From positions 168,893 to 232,892 of the forward strand of contig MEMF01000002.1 in NCBI GenBank assembly GCA_001767855.1: a stretch of DNA of 64,000 nt, given 5' to 3'. The notes under the pieces were generated by a model. That model worked only from the letters and a program-made list of their open reading frames with translations. It made no database searches and was not told the DNA's origin. Position numbers and translations under genes: made by a program. Positions within the stretch are counted from its first letter, which is position 1. Every line of letters begins with the position of its first letter. Origin of the DNA: Alphaproteobacteria bacterium RIFCSPHIGHO2_01_FULL_41_14. GTDB lineage: Bacteria; Pseudomonadota; Alphaproteobacteria; UBA7879; UBA5542. Positions 36,585-47,915 of the stretch are shown here, one piece after another.

Positions 36585-38741
36585 ATGGCTACACAACGTA
36601 TGCTTATTGATGCGACGCAAACAGATGAAGTTCGCGTGGCACTGGTTAAGGATGAGTCCGAGTTATTGGATTTTGACTTTGAGTCCCAATCAAAAAAATC
36701 TATTAAAGGCAACATCTATCTTGGAAAAATAGTTCGCATAGAACCATCTTTACAGGCAGCCTTTGTAGAATATGGTCGGAACCGTCATGGGTTCTTGGCT
36801 TTCACAGAAATCCATCCAGATTATTTTCGTATTCCTGTGGCGGATCGAGAAGACACGGTTCAAACGCCAAGTACTGACGAGGCCGTGCCGGAAGGAGGGG
36901 GAGAGCCTTCTCCCTTCAATGAGGAATCTGGTTCAGAACATCCTTTGGAGGAACAAACCAAAGAGGTTTCTGCTGAAGAGTCAGCAGAAGAAAGTCGACG
37001 CAAGTACACGCTATATCGTAATTATAAAATACAAGAAGTTATTAAAAGTCGACAAATTGTCTTAATTCAGGTTGTGAAAGAAGAGCGGGGGAATAAAGGG
37101 GCTGCTTTGACAACTTTCATTTCTCTTGCTGGTCGATATAGCGTTTTAATGCCTAATGCTTTGCATTCAGGGGGGATTTCTAGAAAAATTACGGAGAACG
37201 ATGATAGGAAGCGGTTAAAACAGCTTATGGTTGATCTTGCTGTCCCTGAGGGGATGTCTTTGATTGTTCGAACAGCGGGGCTGAATCGCACAAAAAATGA
37301 GATTAAAAGAGATTATGCTTATTTGATTAACCTCTGGTCTAAAATTCGCGAAAAGACACTCAGCGCAACGGCGCCGGAACTTGTTTACGAGGAACCTAGT
37401 TTAATTCGTCGTGTTTTAAGAGATGTCTACACACCCGACATCCATGAGATTTTGGTTGAGGGGGACGAGGGATATAAAGAAGCGAAAGCTTTTATGAAGA
37501 TCTTAATTCCAAGTCATGTAAAGCGGGTTAAACAATATAAAGAAAAAAACCAGACGCTTTTTAAAAAGTACAATGTAGAAACCCAAATTGAGCAAATTTT
37601 TTCTCCTCAGGTGAAATTAAGATCGGGGGGATACCTCGTTATTAATTCCACAGAGGCTTTGGTGGCAATCGATGTGAATTCTGGGCGCGCGACCCGCGAA
37701 CGTCATATTGATACAACAGCCTTGAAGACAAATTTAGAGGCTGCTGAGGAAGTTGCACGTCAAGTTCGTATCCGTGATTTGTCTGGTCTCATTGTTATCG
37801 ACTTCATAGACATGAGTGATATTCGCCACAATATCTCTGTAGAGAAACGTCTCAAAGAATCTCTAAGTATGGATAGAGCGCGTATTCAGGTAGGCCGTAT
37901 TAGTCAGTTCGGACTTCTTGAAATGTCACGACAACGCCTCAGAAGCAGTATTTTAGAGGCAAACTCATCACGGTGCCCCTATTGTGCTGGCTCTGGTTTG
38001 ATGAGATCAAAAGAATCACTTTCGGTACAACTTCTAAGAATTTTGGAAGAATTAATCAGTGCAGGCTCAGAGAGTGACGGACATCTTACAGTGAGATTAG
38101 AATCTTCTCTTGCTTTCTTTCTTTTAGGTCATAAACGCCGAGAACTGGAAGCTTTAGAACAAAAAAGAGCTCATTTCTTTGATTTAAAGCAAGATGACAC
38201 CCTAGGGTTTGGTGGGTTTAAAATAGAAAATAAAGACGGAGAATTCATTGCAGATTCTGCCGGTATCCCTCCCGGGGAGCCTGCCTCTCATCCTCATAGA
38301 AAAAATAGCAATAGTGGCGGCCATAAGAGTGGTGTGCAGTCCCATCAGAAAAGAAAACCTTCTGGAGAGGCAACGTCTGGGGACATTTCTCCCAAAGAAG
38401 ATCTTGCTCCAAAAGAAGGTACAACAGAGGGGGCTGTTCCGACTGAAGAGACCTCAGGAGATCATCATCAGCAGCAGGAAGAAAAAAGACAGGGACGTAA
38501 TCGACATCGACGCAATAGACGTCGCAATCAACGTTCTCCACGTACTTTTGAAAGAGCAGAAGGGGACAACAGTCCTATAGACGTACATTCAGAGGTAGTT
38601 CCTTATCAAGAGGCTTTGCCTTCCGTCGTTGAAAAGTCTTTTAATGTGGCAGAAAAAATAGAATTTAAGGAAAAAAATGGTAATAAAGTAGAAGATTCTC
38701 ATAACCCTAAATCGGGATGGTGGAAAAAACTATTAGACTAA
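36585..38741 (+). CDS. rne: ribonuclease E
   Basis: Begins MATQRMLIDATQTDEVRVALV, with S1 and DNase-I-like catalytic core, a Zn-link CPYC, and an Arg-rich C-terminal scaffold (RNRHRRNRRRNQRSPR). The long 275-nt 5' leader is typical for rne. The track's 36558 start is an over-extension. Confidence 0.9.
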   Translation: MATQRMLIDATQTDEVRVALVKDESELLDFDFESQSKKSIKGNIYLGKIVRIEPSLQAAFVEYGRNRHGFLAFTEIHPDYFRIPVADREDTVQTPSTDEAVPEGGGEPSPFNEESGSEHPLEEQTKEVSAEESAEESRRKYTLYRNYKIQEVIKSRQIVLIQVVKEERGNKGAALTTFISLAGRYSVLMPNALHSGGISRKITENDDRKRLKQLMVDLAVPEGMSLIVRTAGLNRTKNEIKRDYAYLINLWSKIREKTLSATAPELVYEEPSLIRRVLRDVYTPDIHEILVEGDEGYKEAKAFMKILIPSHVKRVKQYKEKNQTLFKKYNVETQIEQIFSPQVKLRSGGYLVINSTEALVAIDVNSGRATRERHIDTTALKTNLEAAEEVARQVRIRDLSGLIVIDFIDMSDIRHNISVEKRLKESLSMDRARIQVGRISQFGLLEMSRQRLRSSILEANSSRCPYCAGSGLMRSKESLSVQLLRILEELISAGSESDGHLTVRLESSLAFFLLGHKRRELEALEQKRAHFFDLKQDDTLGFGGFKIENKDGEFIADSAGIPPGEPASHPHRKNSNSGGHKSGVQSHQKRKPSGEATSGDISPKEDLAPKEGTTEGAVPTEETSGDHHQQQEEKRQGRNRHRRNRRRNQRSPRTFERAEGDNSPIDVHSEVVPYQEALPSVVEKSFNVAEKIEFKEKNGNKVEDSHNPKSGWWKKLLD

Positions 38742-39731
38742 AACTAAAGGTTTTAAAAAGAAAAATTCAAAAATTTCTTTGGCAACCTTACTGTTGAGTT
38801 TGATTGAAATTTCAATTTTTGTTATTTCTTTGAGGATACTTTCCATTTCTTCTTGAGACCAAAGAAATAATTGTTTTTTAAAGGTGCCTTGTTCATGAAA
38901 CAACAAGGGAGGGGTTAGAATTTTTATGCTTCGTTCAAGAGGATTCCCTGAATTTAATTCAGATTTGACATGATGAAGGCGACTCAAAGAGAGGGTCAAC
39001 ATGCGCAAAACAGAAATATAAGAAGTGGATTCATCCAGTCGGTTCATACAGGTGATCAACTTTTTTTTATCCCTCTCTAAAAAAGAATCTACTAAGTCAG
39101 AAGCCTCTGTTTGACCTGAAAAAGAAATAAGATTCTTTAGGTCGGCCATTTCAAGTATTTCTTTAGAACCCATATAAGTGAAAATCTTTTCCAGTTCACT
39201 CTTTAGGGTTTCGGGGGATGAATGGAAAAAATTTCCTATTTGACGGATAAGCTCAGAAGATGTTTTTTTACGGCGCTGTGTAAAAATATTTCTTATTTCT
39301 TTTTCTAATTCTGCGGAGGAGAGATCATAACAGGGGATACTAAAAAATTGAGGATGACCTTCGTACAATTTCCTTAATTTTGAAACTGGTTTCAAGTAGT
39401 CACGTGCATGAAGAAGGAAAAAAGGGGCTGACTGAGAGTCAAGATCTTCTACGAGAGGAACTATTTTATCAGTTGCCTGAGTAATAATAATGATTTCTGG
39501 GCCAGAAAAAAAATCTTTGGTAAAAAAGAGACTCAAGTCTTTCTTATTCTCAAGAACAAGATCTTGGGGGATGGTTCGCGGTTGAAAGCCAATGATGGTG
39601 GGATTGTTCTTAAGGAAGCAATCCATTTTTGATTGGACCCAAAACTCTGAGTTCCCATAAAACAAAAGAGATCTGGTTTCCCCCAAAGGATCTTTACATA
39701 GTTTAAAAAAAGAATCAGGGGATAATTTCAT
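38733..39731 (-). CDS. holA: DNA polymerase III delta subunit
   Basis: 332 aa in the conserved leuS-lptE-holA position, with a delta-like AAA+-lid fold pattern (LLFYG...). It overlaps the convergent rne 3' end by 9 nt. Confidence 0.65.
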   Translation of the reverse strand: MKLSPDSFFKLCKDPLGETRSLLFYGNSEFWVQSKMDCFLKNNPTIIGFQPRTIPQDLVLENKKDLSLFFTKDFFSGPEIIIITQATDKIVPLVEDLDSQSAPFFLLHARDYLKPVSKLRKLYEGHPQFFSIPCYDLSSAELEKEIRNIFTQRRKKTSSELIRQIGNFFHSSPETLKSELEKIFTYMGSKEILEMADLKNLISFSGQTEASDLVDSFLERDKKKLITCMNRLDESTSYISVLRMLTLSLSRLHHVKSELNSGNPLERSIKILTPPLLFHEQGTFKKQLFLWSQEEMESILKEITKIEISIKLNSKVAKEIFEFFFLKPLVLV

Positions 39732-39775
39732 TCTAAGAGTTTCTATTTTTTCTAATTTTTGTCCAGTGTGCCCAA

Positions 39776-40273
39776 TTATTTTTTTGCAAAAAAAGAAGCC
39801 AAATGAAGGCGAATATTTTGAGCGGCTTCTTCTACCAGACGTCTTTTAGCGCTCTTTTCTTCTATGAAATTTGAATAGGGGACGGTAAAAGAAAGCACAT
39901 AATCCACCGATATAGTTTCGTTTGTGGAGAAGAGAGTCTTCCCAGTTCTCAAATCAGATAAGGTTATACTATACGTTAAATCAATGGCTTCTTGACTTGC
40001 TGTGGCATCTTTTTGAATAGCGACCCCTCTTGCCGCAAAGGTAAGATCAGTTGAAAGGGTGTAAAGAGGATGGCGGGCGGGGCCATATGGTGTTAATAGG
40101 GTGGATAATTGATTATGCAACAATTGCCCTTCTCGATTGGGGATGGTTTGAATCTTAATATGGTTTAGGTGATACTTCACTTCCCTTGAGCTTTCTTTAT
40201 AGAGAGGATGGAAGCCACACCCATTCAATAAAAAAATGGCACAAATGCCTAGGATAAATTTATGAGCAAACAA
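39776..40273 (-). CDS. lptE: LPS-assembly lipoprotein LptE
   Basis: Lipobox LNGC followed by GCGFHPLY (compare E. coli GCGWHLR). It lies immediately downstream of leuS. Confidence 0.7.
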   Translation of the reverse strand: MFAHKFILGICAIFLLNGCGFHPLYKESSREVKYHLNHIKIQTIPNREGQLLHNQLSTLLTPYGPARHPLYTLSTDLTFAARGVAIQKDATASQEAIDLTYSITLSDLRTGKTLFSTNETISVDYVLSFTVPYSNFIEEKSAKRRLVEEAAQNIRLHLASFFAKK

Positions 40274-42821
40274 TGTTTATAATCCTATTCGGGACAATAA
40301 TAACTTTTTTGACTTGTTTCCCCTCAACCAGTCTTTGAACGGTGGGGAGCTCAAGAGCAAGGGTTTCAAGGGTTTCTTTTTTTTGTTTAGAAGATACATG
40401 GACCGTCCCCCTTAACTTGCCATTAACTTGCACAGCGAGGGTTATTATATCATCTTTCAGAAAGGTGTCATCCGCCTTCGGCCAAGGAGTTTTAATCAAA
40501 AAAGAATTCTCTTTCAGGAGTGTTTGCCAGGCCTCTTCACAAAGGTGGGGAATAAAAGGCGAGAAAAGTTGAATGAGGATCCGAATGCTCCAGTGAGCAA
40601 TCCATCGATCAGATTCTTCTTGTAAATTCAGGCTTTCCATTTGGTTTGAGAGCTCGCGTAAACGTGCAATGGTTTTGTTGAAGTGGAATTGGTCATAGTC
40701 ACGTGAGACCGCCTCAACGGTTTTATGAGTTTCTTTCTCCACTTCTTGGGCGCATTTGGAGAAATCGTTTGGTTTTACTGCGGGACATTCATGTCGACTA
40801 ATTTTCTCAACAAGGGCCCATAATTTATTCAAATAACGCCACGTGCCCTGTAATCCCGTTTCAGTCCATTCAAATCCCCGATCAGGAGGAGAATCAGACA
40901 GAATAAAAAGACGGGCTGCATCTGCGCCAAATTCTTCAAGAATGTCAGAAGGATCTATCGTGTTGTTTTTGGATTTGCTCATTTTTTCAGAGGGACCCTC
41001 CGTGACGAGGAGCCCTTGTGGTGAGTAGAGTTTTCCCTCTTTGTGAACCACTTCATGAGGATAAATCCACTCCCCATTTTCTGCATGATAAGTTTTATGG
41101 GCAACCATTCCTTGGGTCAGCAATCCCTCAAAGGGTTCTTTCAAATTTAAATATCCACATTTTTTAAGAGCGCGCATAAAGAAGCGAGAATATAAAAGAT
41201 GAAGGATCGCGTGTTCTATCCCTCCAATATATTGGTTTACGGGCATCCACGACTCAACAACATTTTTATCAAAAGGCATAGAATTGGTTGGATGCGGAGA
41301 GCAAAGTTTTAGGAAATACCATGAAGATTCAAAAAAAGTATCGAATGTATCCGTTTCACGCGTCGCGCTTTGGGCACACGTTGGACATTTAACGTATTTC
41401 CATGTGGGATGGTGGTCAAGAGGGTTGCCTGGAATATCAAAACTCACATCTTGGGGCAATGTTACTGGCAAATCTTTCTCAGGTACGGGGACAATGCCAC
41501 ATTGATGACAATAAATAATGGGAATAGGGCATCCCCAGTAACGTTGACGAGAAATTCCCCAATCTTTTAACCGATACAGAACAGTTCCATATCCTATTTT
41601 TTGTTCTTCTAACTTTTCAATCACTCGTTGAATAGCTTCGGGAACGGTCAAACCATTCAGAAAAGAGGAATTCACCATAATTCCTTCTTCCAAAGAAGCT
41701 GCTTTTTCCCTAAGGGAGGGTAGATCTCCGTTAGGTAGGGCGATTACAGGTAAGAGGTCTAGGTTATATTTCTTCGAAAATTCATAATCGCGCTGATCAT
41801 GGGCTGGAACCCCTATGACTGCACCGGTGCCATAATCCATCAAAACATAATTGGCTACATAAATAGGAATAGAGCGGGTGTCATCAAAAGGACAAAGAGC
41901 TTCTAATTTTGTTCTTACTCCCTTTTTTTCAGCTGTATCAATCGCCTTTTGGCTTGTTCCTAAAGCATCGCATTCTTTTACAAAGGCAGCTAATGTCTCA
42001 TCTGTTTTGGCCAGCTCAAGGGCTAAAGGATGGTGACAGGAAAGCGCAATAAAGCTCACCCCAAATAAGGTGTCAGGACGTGTAGTATATACCCGAAGGG
42101 CCTGCGATTGATTTTTGATGGCATAATTGATATAGGCTCCATGAGATTTACCAATCCAGTTTTTCTGCATGGTGATGACTTTTTCTGGCCATTTTTTTAA
42201 ATCATCCAATGATTGTAAAAGGTTTTCAGAGAAATCACTAATGCGTAGGAACCATTGGGACAAAAGTTTGCGCGTTACAGGAACACCAGATCTCCACCCT
42301 TTCCCATCAATGACTTGCTCGTTCGCCAAAACCGTTTGTTCTTCTGGATCCCAGTTGACCCACGATTCCTTTCGATAGGCTAATCCAGCTTTGTAAAATT
42401 CTAGAAAGAATAATTGTTCATGTTCGTAATAAGAGGGATCACAAGTAGAAACTTCTCGAGACCAATCAATGCTCAGTCCCAGACTGTTGAGTTGCTCTTT
42501 CATTGTCTGAATATTGAGATTGGTCCATTCGAGGGGGTGTGTTTTATTCTTGATGGCAGCATTCTCAGCGGGGAGACCAAAAGAATCCCACGCAAAAGGG
42601 TGTAAGACATTAAATCCTTTTGCCCATTTATAGCGGGCAATCACATCTCCAATGGAATAATTGCGAACATGCCCCATATGAAGACGACCCGAAGGATAAG
42701 GCATCATTTCCAGAACGTAGTACTTTGAAGGATCGGTGTCTTTGGCCTCAAAAAGATTTTTCTGGGCCCAAACAGACTGCCACTTAGATTCTACAATGCG
42801 AAAATTATAGGCTTGAGACAT
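40260..42821 (-). CDS. leuS: leucyl-tRNA synthetase
   Basis: 853 aa with HIGH (HMGH), KMSKS, CP1 editing domain and anticodon-binding C-terminus. Confidence 0.95.
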   Translation of the reverse strand: MSQAYNFRIVESKWQSVWAQKNLFEAKDTDPSKYYVLEMMPYPSGRLHMGHVRNYSIGDVIARYKWAKGFNVLHPFAWDSFGLPAENAAIKNKTHPLEWTNLNIQTMKEQLNSLGLSIDWSREVSTCDPSYYEHEQLFFLEFYKAGLAYRKESWVNWDPEEQTVLANEQVIDGKGWRSGVPVTRKLLSQWFLRISDFSENLLQSLDDLKKWPEKVITMQKNWIGKSHGAYINYAIKNQSQALRVYTTRPDTLFGVSFIALSCHHPLALELAKTDETLAAFVKECDALGTSQKAIDTAEKKGVRTKLEALCPFDDTRSIPIYVANYVLMDYGTGAVIGVPAHDQRDYEFSKKYNLDLLPVIALPNGDLPSLREKAASLEEGIMVNSSFLNGLTVPEAIQRVIEKLEEQKIGYGTVLYRLKDWGISRQRYWGCPIPIIYCHQCGIVPVPEKDLPVTLPQDVSFDIPGNPLDHHPTWKYVKCPTCAQSATRETDTFDTFFESSWYFLKLCSPHPTNSMPFDKNVVESWMPVNQYIGGIEHAILHLLYSRFFMRALKKCGYLNLKEPFEGLLTQGMVAHKTYHAENGEWIYPHEVVHKEGKLYSPQGLLVTEGPSEKMSKSKNNTIDPSDILEEFGADAARLFILSDSPPDRGFEWTETGLQGTWRYLNKLWALVEKISRHECPAVKPNDFSKCAQEVEKETHKTVEAVSRDYDQFHFNKTIARLRELSNQMESLNLQEESDRWIAHWSIRILIQLFSPFIPHLCEEAWQTLLKENSFLIKTPWPKADDTFLKDDIITLAVQVNGKLRGTVHVSSKQKKETLETLALELPTVQRLVEGKQVKKVIIVPNRIINIVCS

Positions 42822-42827
42822 GAGGTA

Positions 42828-43331
42828 TTATTCGATTTCTGTCGCTACTTTTAATTCTCGAGCCCGAGAGAGGATCGTCTCTTCAAATTTAAGAAGGGTA
42901 TCGCGATCCAGGGGGATGCTAATCCACTCACCTCGTGTGTTTTTCTTTTCTCGGAATATAGCAACTTGTACGCCTTCAGAAGTTAACGCTCGACCCGTGA
43001 TCATAATTTCTATTTTTAATCTTTCATTTGGTGTTTCAGGGGAAGAGTACCAGTCAGTGATAATAGTACCTCCAAAGGGATCTGTGGATTTTTTAGGGAG
43101 AAAGGAAACTGTTTCCAAAGAGGCCTTCCACAGATAGGTGTTAACCCCGATGCCGTAAGTTTCATTTTTTTTCTTAGCTGTGGTAAAAAGAGGTTCTGCT
43201 AATAAGTGACCCTTTGTTTTGTCTTCCCGTCGCTCACGTTTGTTTTTAGGCTCCTTCCCGAGCGTTTTATCCGCCAGGCTGGGGAGAGATAGTATAAGAA
43301 TACTAATCACCGAAAGAGTTTTTATAATCAT
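42828..43331 (-). CDS. DUF3576-family secreted protein or lipoprotein
   Basis: 167 aa with a signal peptide. Family and position (adjacent to leuS) are typical of alphaproteobacteria. Confidence 0.5.
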   Translation of the reverse strand: MIIKTLSVISILILSLPSLADKTLGKEPKNKRERREDKTKGHLLAEPLFTTAKKKNETYGIGVNTYLWKASLETVSFLPKKSTDPFGGTIITDWYSSPETPNERLKIEIMITGRALTSEGVQVAIFREKKNTRGEWISIPLDRDTLLKFEETILSRARELKVATEIE

Positions 43332-43405
43332 TTTCTATTCCTGTCTTGAGTTTGAAGAAAATATATACGTATTAAAAAATAGCTTCAAGGGAAACATCAG
43401 AATTG

Positions 43406-44212
43406 TCAGCAGGAAGATATGGCATTTTTCAACTCATCATAGATATGAGGATTTGAAGCAAGGATGGAATCCCCTGTTTCAGGCTTTTCCCCCCCATCTA
43501 TTTCAGATACCATGCCGCCAGCTTCCCGGACAAGGAGAATACCTGCTGCCACATCCCAAGGTTTTAATCCAGGCATAAAATAAGCTTCGGATTTTCCGGC
43601 TGCCGTATAAGCTAAAGATAAAGCAGCAGATCCCAAACATCGAATAACGGAGGTGTTTTCTGTGAGAATAGACCAAGTGTTTTGGAAAAAAGAACCGTGT
43701 TTTTGATAGGGATCATGATGATCCGTTATAATCAAAGCATCCATTAAAGCAGAACGACTAGAAACACGAAGGTAGTCTCCGTTGAGAAACGCCCCCTTTC
43801 CTTTCTCGGCCCAGAATAAATCACCTCGCAAAGGATCGTAGGTTACCGCATGTTTTATCTGTCCCTTTTCAGAGTGGGCAATAGTGACACAAAACCCTGG
43901 CAATCCATGTAAAAAATTGGTGGTTCCATCTAAGGGGTCAATAATCCATTGATTGTCTTTGTCCTTATTTTCTTCTGCGCCACTCTCTTCCATCAAAAAA
44001 CAATAGTCAGGACGGGCATTTTTTAAAACTTCATAGATCAATTTTTCAGATCTTTGGTCAGCAATGGAAACAAAGTCCGCAGGGCCTTTTTTGGCAATTT
44101 GTAGTTTCTCGACTTCGTTGAAGTCGCGAATAAGACTGCGGCCTGCTTTTTCAGCAGCGTCGATCATGACATTTAAAGTGGCGGATGTGGTGAGAGTGCG
44201 ATTACGATACAT
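43406..44212 (-). CDS. suhB: inositol monophosphatase family protein (SuhB-like)
   Basis: Carries the motifs WIIDPLDGTTNF and DVAAG. Confidence 0.8.
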   Translation of the reverse strand: MYRNRTLTTSATLNVMIDAAEKAGRSLIRDFNEVEKLQIAKKGPADFVSIADQRSEKLIYEVLKNARPDYCFLMEESGAEENKDKDNQWIIDPLDGTTNFLHGLPGFCVTIAHSEKGQIKHAVTYDPLRGDLFWAEKGKGAFLNGDYLRVSSRSALMDALIITDHHDPYQKHGSFFQNTWSILTENTSVIRCLGSAALSLAYTAAGKSEAYFMPGLKPWDVAAGILLVREAGGMVSEIDGGEKPETGDSILASNPHIYDELKNAISSC

Positions 44213-44776
44213 TTATTTGGCTTTTTCCACATAGGTTCCATCTGCCGTGTTAACGACAATTTTTGTTCCTGTTTCAATATGAGGGGGCACCATAATCCGG
44301 CGACCGTTTTCCACAATGGCGGGCTTATAGGATGAAGAAGCTGTCTGACCTTTAATAACGGGGTCTGCTTCTGTCACTTCCATGACAAGGGTTTCGGGAA
44401 GTTGAACGGTAACAGGTTGGTTATCGTGAATGGAAAGTTTCACAATCATACCGTCTTTTAGAAAATCATGTCCTTCTCCGATAAAATCTTGTTCTAAAGA
44501 GACTTGGTCATAAGTTTCCAGATCCATAAAGGTGAATTGATTCCCTTCAGAAAACAAGAATTGATATTCTCTTTCTTCTAACGTCACGCGTTCAACCGTC
44601 TCGCTTGAGCGGAAGCGCTCGTTCAGCTTGGTTCCAGTGCGCACTTCTTTGAGCTCTACTTGTAAATAAGCTCCCCCTTTTCCGGGTTTGGTATGCATGG
44701 TTTTGACAGCGACCCACAAACGTCCTTGGTGTTCAATAACATTCCCTAATTTAATTTCGTTGCCTGAAATTTTCAT
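44213..44776 (-). CDS. efp: elongation factor P
   Basis: 187 aa in three OB-like domains (KPGKGGAY...). The conserved loop has K/R at the modification site. Confidence 0.9.
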   Translation of the reverse strand: MKISGNEIKLGNVIEHQGRLWVAVKTMHTKPGKGGAYLQVELKEVRTGTKLNERFRSSETVERVTLEEREYQFLFSEGNQFTFMDLETYDQVSLEQDFIGEGHDFLKDGMIVKLSIHDNQPVTVQLPETLVMEVTEADPVIKGQTASSSYKPAIVENGRRIMVPPHIETGTKIVVNTADGTYVEKAK

Positions 44777-44779
44777 TGT

Positions 44780-45724
44780 TTATCCTTGACTTTTATACAC
44801 ATCGACTATCTTTTCTATCAAAGTCAGAGATTCCTGTCGAGGGCGTTGGAACAAATTGCGTCCCATGATAGAGCCAAATCCTCCTCCGTCATGAATCGCT
44901 TTTACCTCCGTTAAGAGATTTTTTTCCGATTTTTGGTCTCCTCCAGAGAAAATCACAAGGCGGCGCCCATTAAAACAACTACGGACCACATAGTGAATCC
45001 GGTCTTTCAAAGTTTCAAAGGGGATATGGTATGATTCAAAGGCTTCTTTATCTGGTTTTTTCTCAAGATAAGCAGTGGGAACTTTTACTTTCACAATATG
45101 AGCTCCCAAAAGACAGGCCATGTGGGCTCCATAACTGACCACATCAAGAGCTGTTTCTCCCTCTTTCGATAGGCTTCCTCGAGGATAGGACCAAATGACC
45201 ACGAACAAACCAGCTTTGCGGGCCTGTAGGGACAGGTGTTGAATTTTTTCAATCATGGCATAAGAATAACGAGAGCCTGGATAAAAAGTGAGCCCCACCC
45301 CATGGCACCCGAGGCGAATGGCGTCTTCCACAGAGGCGGTCACGGCTTGATCGGGCTGATCTAAGTGAATGAGGCTGTTCCCACTGTTCAGTTTTAAAAT
45401 GGTTGGAATCTTTCCTTTGAACGTTCTGGCCCCGGATTCTAACAATCCTAAGGGGGCGGCGAAGGCAGACAAACCAGCTTCAATCGCTAATTCATAATGG
45501 TAGTGGGGATCGTACGCCCCAAGGTTCATGGCAAAGCTTCGGGTAGGGCCGTGCTCAAACCCTTGGTCAACAGCAGAGATGATCAGTTTCCCCGTGCCTC
45601 CTAGGGCTCCATGATAAAGAACATCTTTGAGACGTCCTAGGGTTTCGGGTGTGTCTGCTTCATAGAATTTCAAAATTTCACTTGGGCCCATATGACTCAT
45701 GTGCTTTTCCTTAAATTGATACAA
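44780..45724 (-). CDS. fbaB: class I fructose-bisphosphate aldolase (FbaB/DhnA type)
   Basis: Motif-by-motif match to E. coli FbaB: AVDQGFEHGP, LKLNSGN, VGLTFYPGS, IVKVK, GSIMGRNLFQR. Confidence 0.75.
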   Translation of the reverse strand: MYQFKEKHMSHMGPSEILKFYEADTPETLGRLKDVLYHGALGGTGKLIISAVDQGFEHGPTRSFAMNLGAYDPHYHYELAIEAGLSAFAAPLGLLESGARTFKGKIPTILKLNSGNSLIHLDQPDQAVTASVEDAIRLGCHGVGLTFYPGSRYSYAMIEKIQHLSLQARKAGLFVVIWSYPRGSLSKEGETALDVVSYGAHMACLLGAHIVKVKVPTAYLEKKPDKEAFESYHIPFETLKDRIHYVVRSCFNGRRLVIFSGGDQKSEKNLLTEVKAIHDGGGFGSIMGRNLFQRPRQESLTLIEKIVDVYKSQG

Positions 45725-45826
45725 AACAATTGGGTCACATCTTACTTTGTCTTGGCTAGAATAGCAATCTTAGGAAGTAATAAAGAGCACGGAAGAAGGC
45801 AGACACGCTTCAGTTGACAGCCCGAT

Positions 45827-46519
45827 TCATTTCAGAGCTTCTTTTATTTTTAACAAATCCATCCATACATCTTTTTTCTTACCCGGGCTACGCAGCAAGT
45901 AGGCAGGGTGGTAAATGGCCATGGTGGGGATGGGGTGGGCAAGGCCATCGGATTTATATTCCAGCCACTTGCCGCGCAATTTCGAGATCCCTTCGTTTGT
46001 TTTGAGAAGGGTCTTCACAGCCGTTCCTCCCACCAAAATGAGAACTTTTGGGTTGATAAGTTCAATATGGCGCTCTATAAAAGGAAAACATGCCTCTAAT
46101 TCCTGTTGGGTGGGTTGGCGATTACCGGCAGGGCGCCAAAAAACAGTATTCGAGATATATAAATCTTTTTCTCTGTCGAACCCGGCGCATTTAAAAGCTT
46201 GGGTTAAAAGCTGGCCACTCATGCCCACAAAGGGTTTGCCCTGTCGATCTTCGTCAGCACCTGGCGCTTCTCCCACGAGCATAAGGGGGGCTTTTGGGTT
46301 GCCATCTGAAAAGACGAGATTTAGGGCTGTCTTTTTTAAAGAACATCCCTCAAAGGAATCGAGCATTTTTTGTAAGTCTTCAAGAGAGTGCACGTGGGAT
46401 AAAGATCCTCTTTTTTTTGATGTAGCCATCTTCTCGACCGTAGATTTTGTACGATCTAGGGGGGTGTTGGATAAAATCTCAGTAATCTCGAGAGTTGTTA
46501 GAAGAGAGTCATTTGTCAT
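45827..46519 (-). CDS. uracil-DNA glycosylase, family 4, with an N-terminal extension
   Basis: Family 4 UDG motifs (GEAPGADEDRQGKPFVGMSGQLL, LVGGTA). Confidence 0.8.
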   Translation of the reverse strand: MTNDSLLTTLEITEILSNTPLDRTKSTVEKMATSKKRGSLSHVHSLEDLQKMLDSFEGCSLKKTALNLVFSDGNPKAPLMLVGEAPGADEDRQGKPFVGMSGQLLTQAFKCAGFDREKDLYISNTVFWRPAGNRQPTQQELEACFPFIERHIELINPKVLILVGGTAVKTLLKTNEGISKLRGKWLEYKSDGLAHPIPTMAIYHPAYLLRSPGKKKDVWMDLLKIKEALK

Positions 46520-46531
46520 CTTAGAAACTTA

Positions 46532-47875
46532 TCATAATTTAGCTGTTTGAGTATTCGTATTTCTCTCGCGTTTTGTTTGTAATTGCAAGTCTTGAGCATG
46601 AAGATAGAGAGGGTCTTTCTTATCAAGATGATGAAGGGCTCGGCTTACTTGTTCATCTGCCTCGGCCCACTTTGATAATAGAACAGCTTTTTCTGCTAAG
46701 GCAAGAGCCATGGCACCCATTTTATTGAGTCGGCCATAGACGATGGAAAGGAGGTGCCAAATCGTAATATTGTTGGGCTCTTTTTCGCGGGCCTCTTCTA
46801 AAAGTTTTCTGGCTTCTTGAAGGGTCGTGGGTGTATTCGAGGCAATGAGACACTGGGCAAGCCCCATTTGAAATAAAGCTTCTTTAGGTTTCAAAGCAAG
46901 CGCCTGTCTATAATTCTCAATAGCTGGATTTATTTTCCCATTTTCATAGTAAATTTGGCCCTTTAATTCGTGGTAATAAGGATTTTGGGGGGCTTGTTTC
47001 ACAAGGGAATCTAAAGTTTTGATGGCCTGATCGATCTTGCCTTGACGATAGTACGCAATGGATTGAGCATATTTTTCCAAAGGGGTCGTGCCCGCATTCT
47101 TCTGTAAAATACTTTCTGGCGGAAACAAGAAAGCTTCGAGTTTTGTTTTTAAGATATGGTAGTTTTTTACCATGATTTCAGGCAGAGGTTTGTGGCAGGA
47201 AAGTTTAAGCTGTGCCCTTACTGTTTCTAACCGATCTTTTGTCAGGGGGTGCGATCGAATATACGGGTCTTGTAAAGAGCTGCTCAGAAATTCTTGGCCC
47301 AACAACTTGTCAAAAAAAGTCGCCATTCCCTCAGCGGGCCAACACAAAGCATTTAAATATTTAAGGGCGGCCTGATCGGCGGAAGCTTCTTCTGCGCGGT
47401 TGTAACTTAAAAGAGAATAAACGTTAGAGATGTTTGACCCGGTTGCAACAGCGGCTCCCAAATCTGGCCTATTTGTTAAAATACCGAGGGCAATGCCTGC
47501 GGCAACAGATAAAATATTCGCTTTCTGTGTTTGATCTAAATTTTCAATCATCCGAATAATATGCCGCCCCTCAAGATGTCCTATTTCATGGGCCAAGACG
47601 CCCAGAACTTCCTCAAGACTGGTTGTGTGTAATAAAAATCCGGAGTTAAGAATAAGAGTCGTATTAATCGTCGCTGCAGCATTGATGTCCCTATTAATCA
47701 GAATGATGAGATTGAGGTCTTTTTTATTGAGGTGTGCTTTCTCAAGAATCGGGTCGATATAGCTTCGCAGGATGTCTTCTATTTCCGCATCTCGAATGAC
47801 TGTTCCCTCCTCGAAAGCAGCCGTTGCTTGGGTGAAAGTCAAAAGAAGGGTCAGGAAAAGAAAAGCCTTAATCAT
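46532..47875 (-). CDS. bepA: M48 metalloprotease with C-terminal TPR repeats (BepA/YfgC-like periplasmic chaperone-protease)
   Basis: Signal peptide, Zn motif HEIGHLEGRH, and C-terminal TPR repeats. Confidence 0.7.
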   Translation of the reverse strand: MIKAFLFLTLLLTFTQATAAFEEGTVIRDAEIEDILRSYIDPILEKAHLNKKDLNLIILINRDINAAATINTTLILNSGFLLHTTSLEEVLGVLAHEIGHLEGRHIIRMIENLDQTQKANILSVAAGIALGILTNRPDLGAAVATGSNISNVYSLLSYNRAEEASADQAALKYLNALCWPAEGMATFFDKLLGQEFLSSSLQDPYIRSHPLTKDRLETVRAQLKLSCHKPLPEIMVKNYHILKTKLEAFLFPPESILQKNAGTTPLEKYAQSIAYYRQGKIDQAIKTLDSLVKQAPQNPYYHELKGQIYYENGKINPAIENYRQALALKPKEALFQMGLAQCLIASNTPTTLQEARKLLEEAREKEPNNITIWHLLSIVYGRLNKMGAMALALAEKAVLLSKWAEADEQVSRALHHLDKKDPLYLHAQDLQLQTKRERNTNTQTAKL

Positions 47876-47915
47876 TTTCTCATTCTAATTTTTCAGAGTG
47901 AGGAATACTACCCTT

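Noticed and set aside
38245-38580. two overlapping ORFs (98 and 110 aa) on either strand inside the rne 3' region
   Set aside because: The rne frame continues through here with its characteristic Arg-rich scaffold region. The alternatives have no support.
45915-46550. 211-aa + strand ORF antisense to the UDG gene
   Set aside because: The minus-strand frame carries family-4 UDG motifs. The + frame is Ser/Arg/Pro-rich with no signal.
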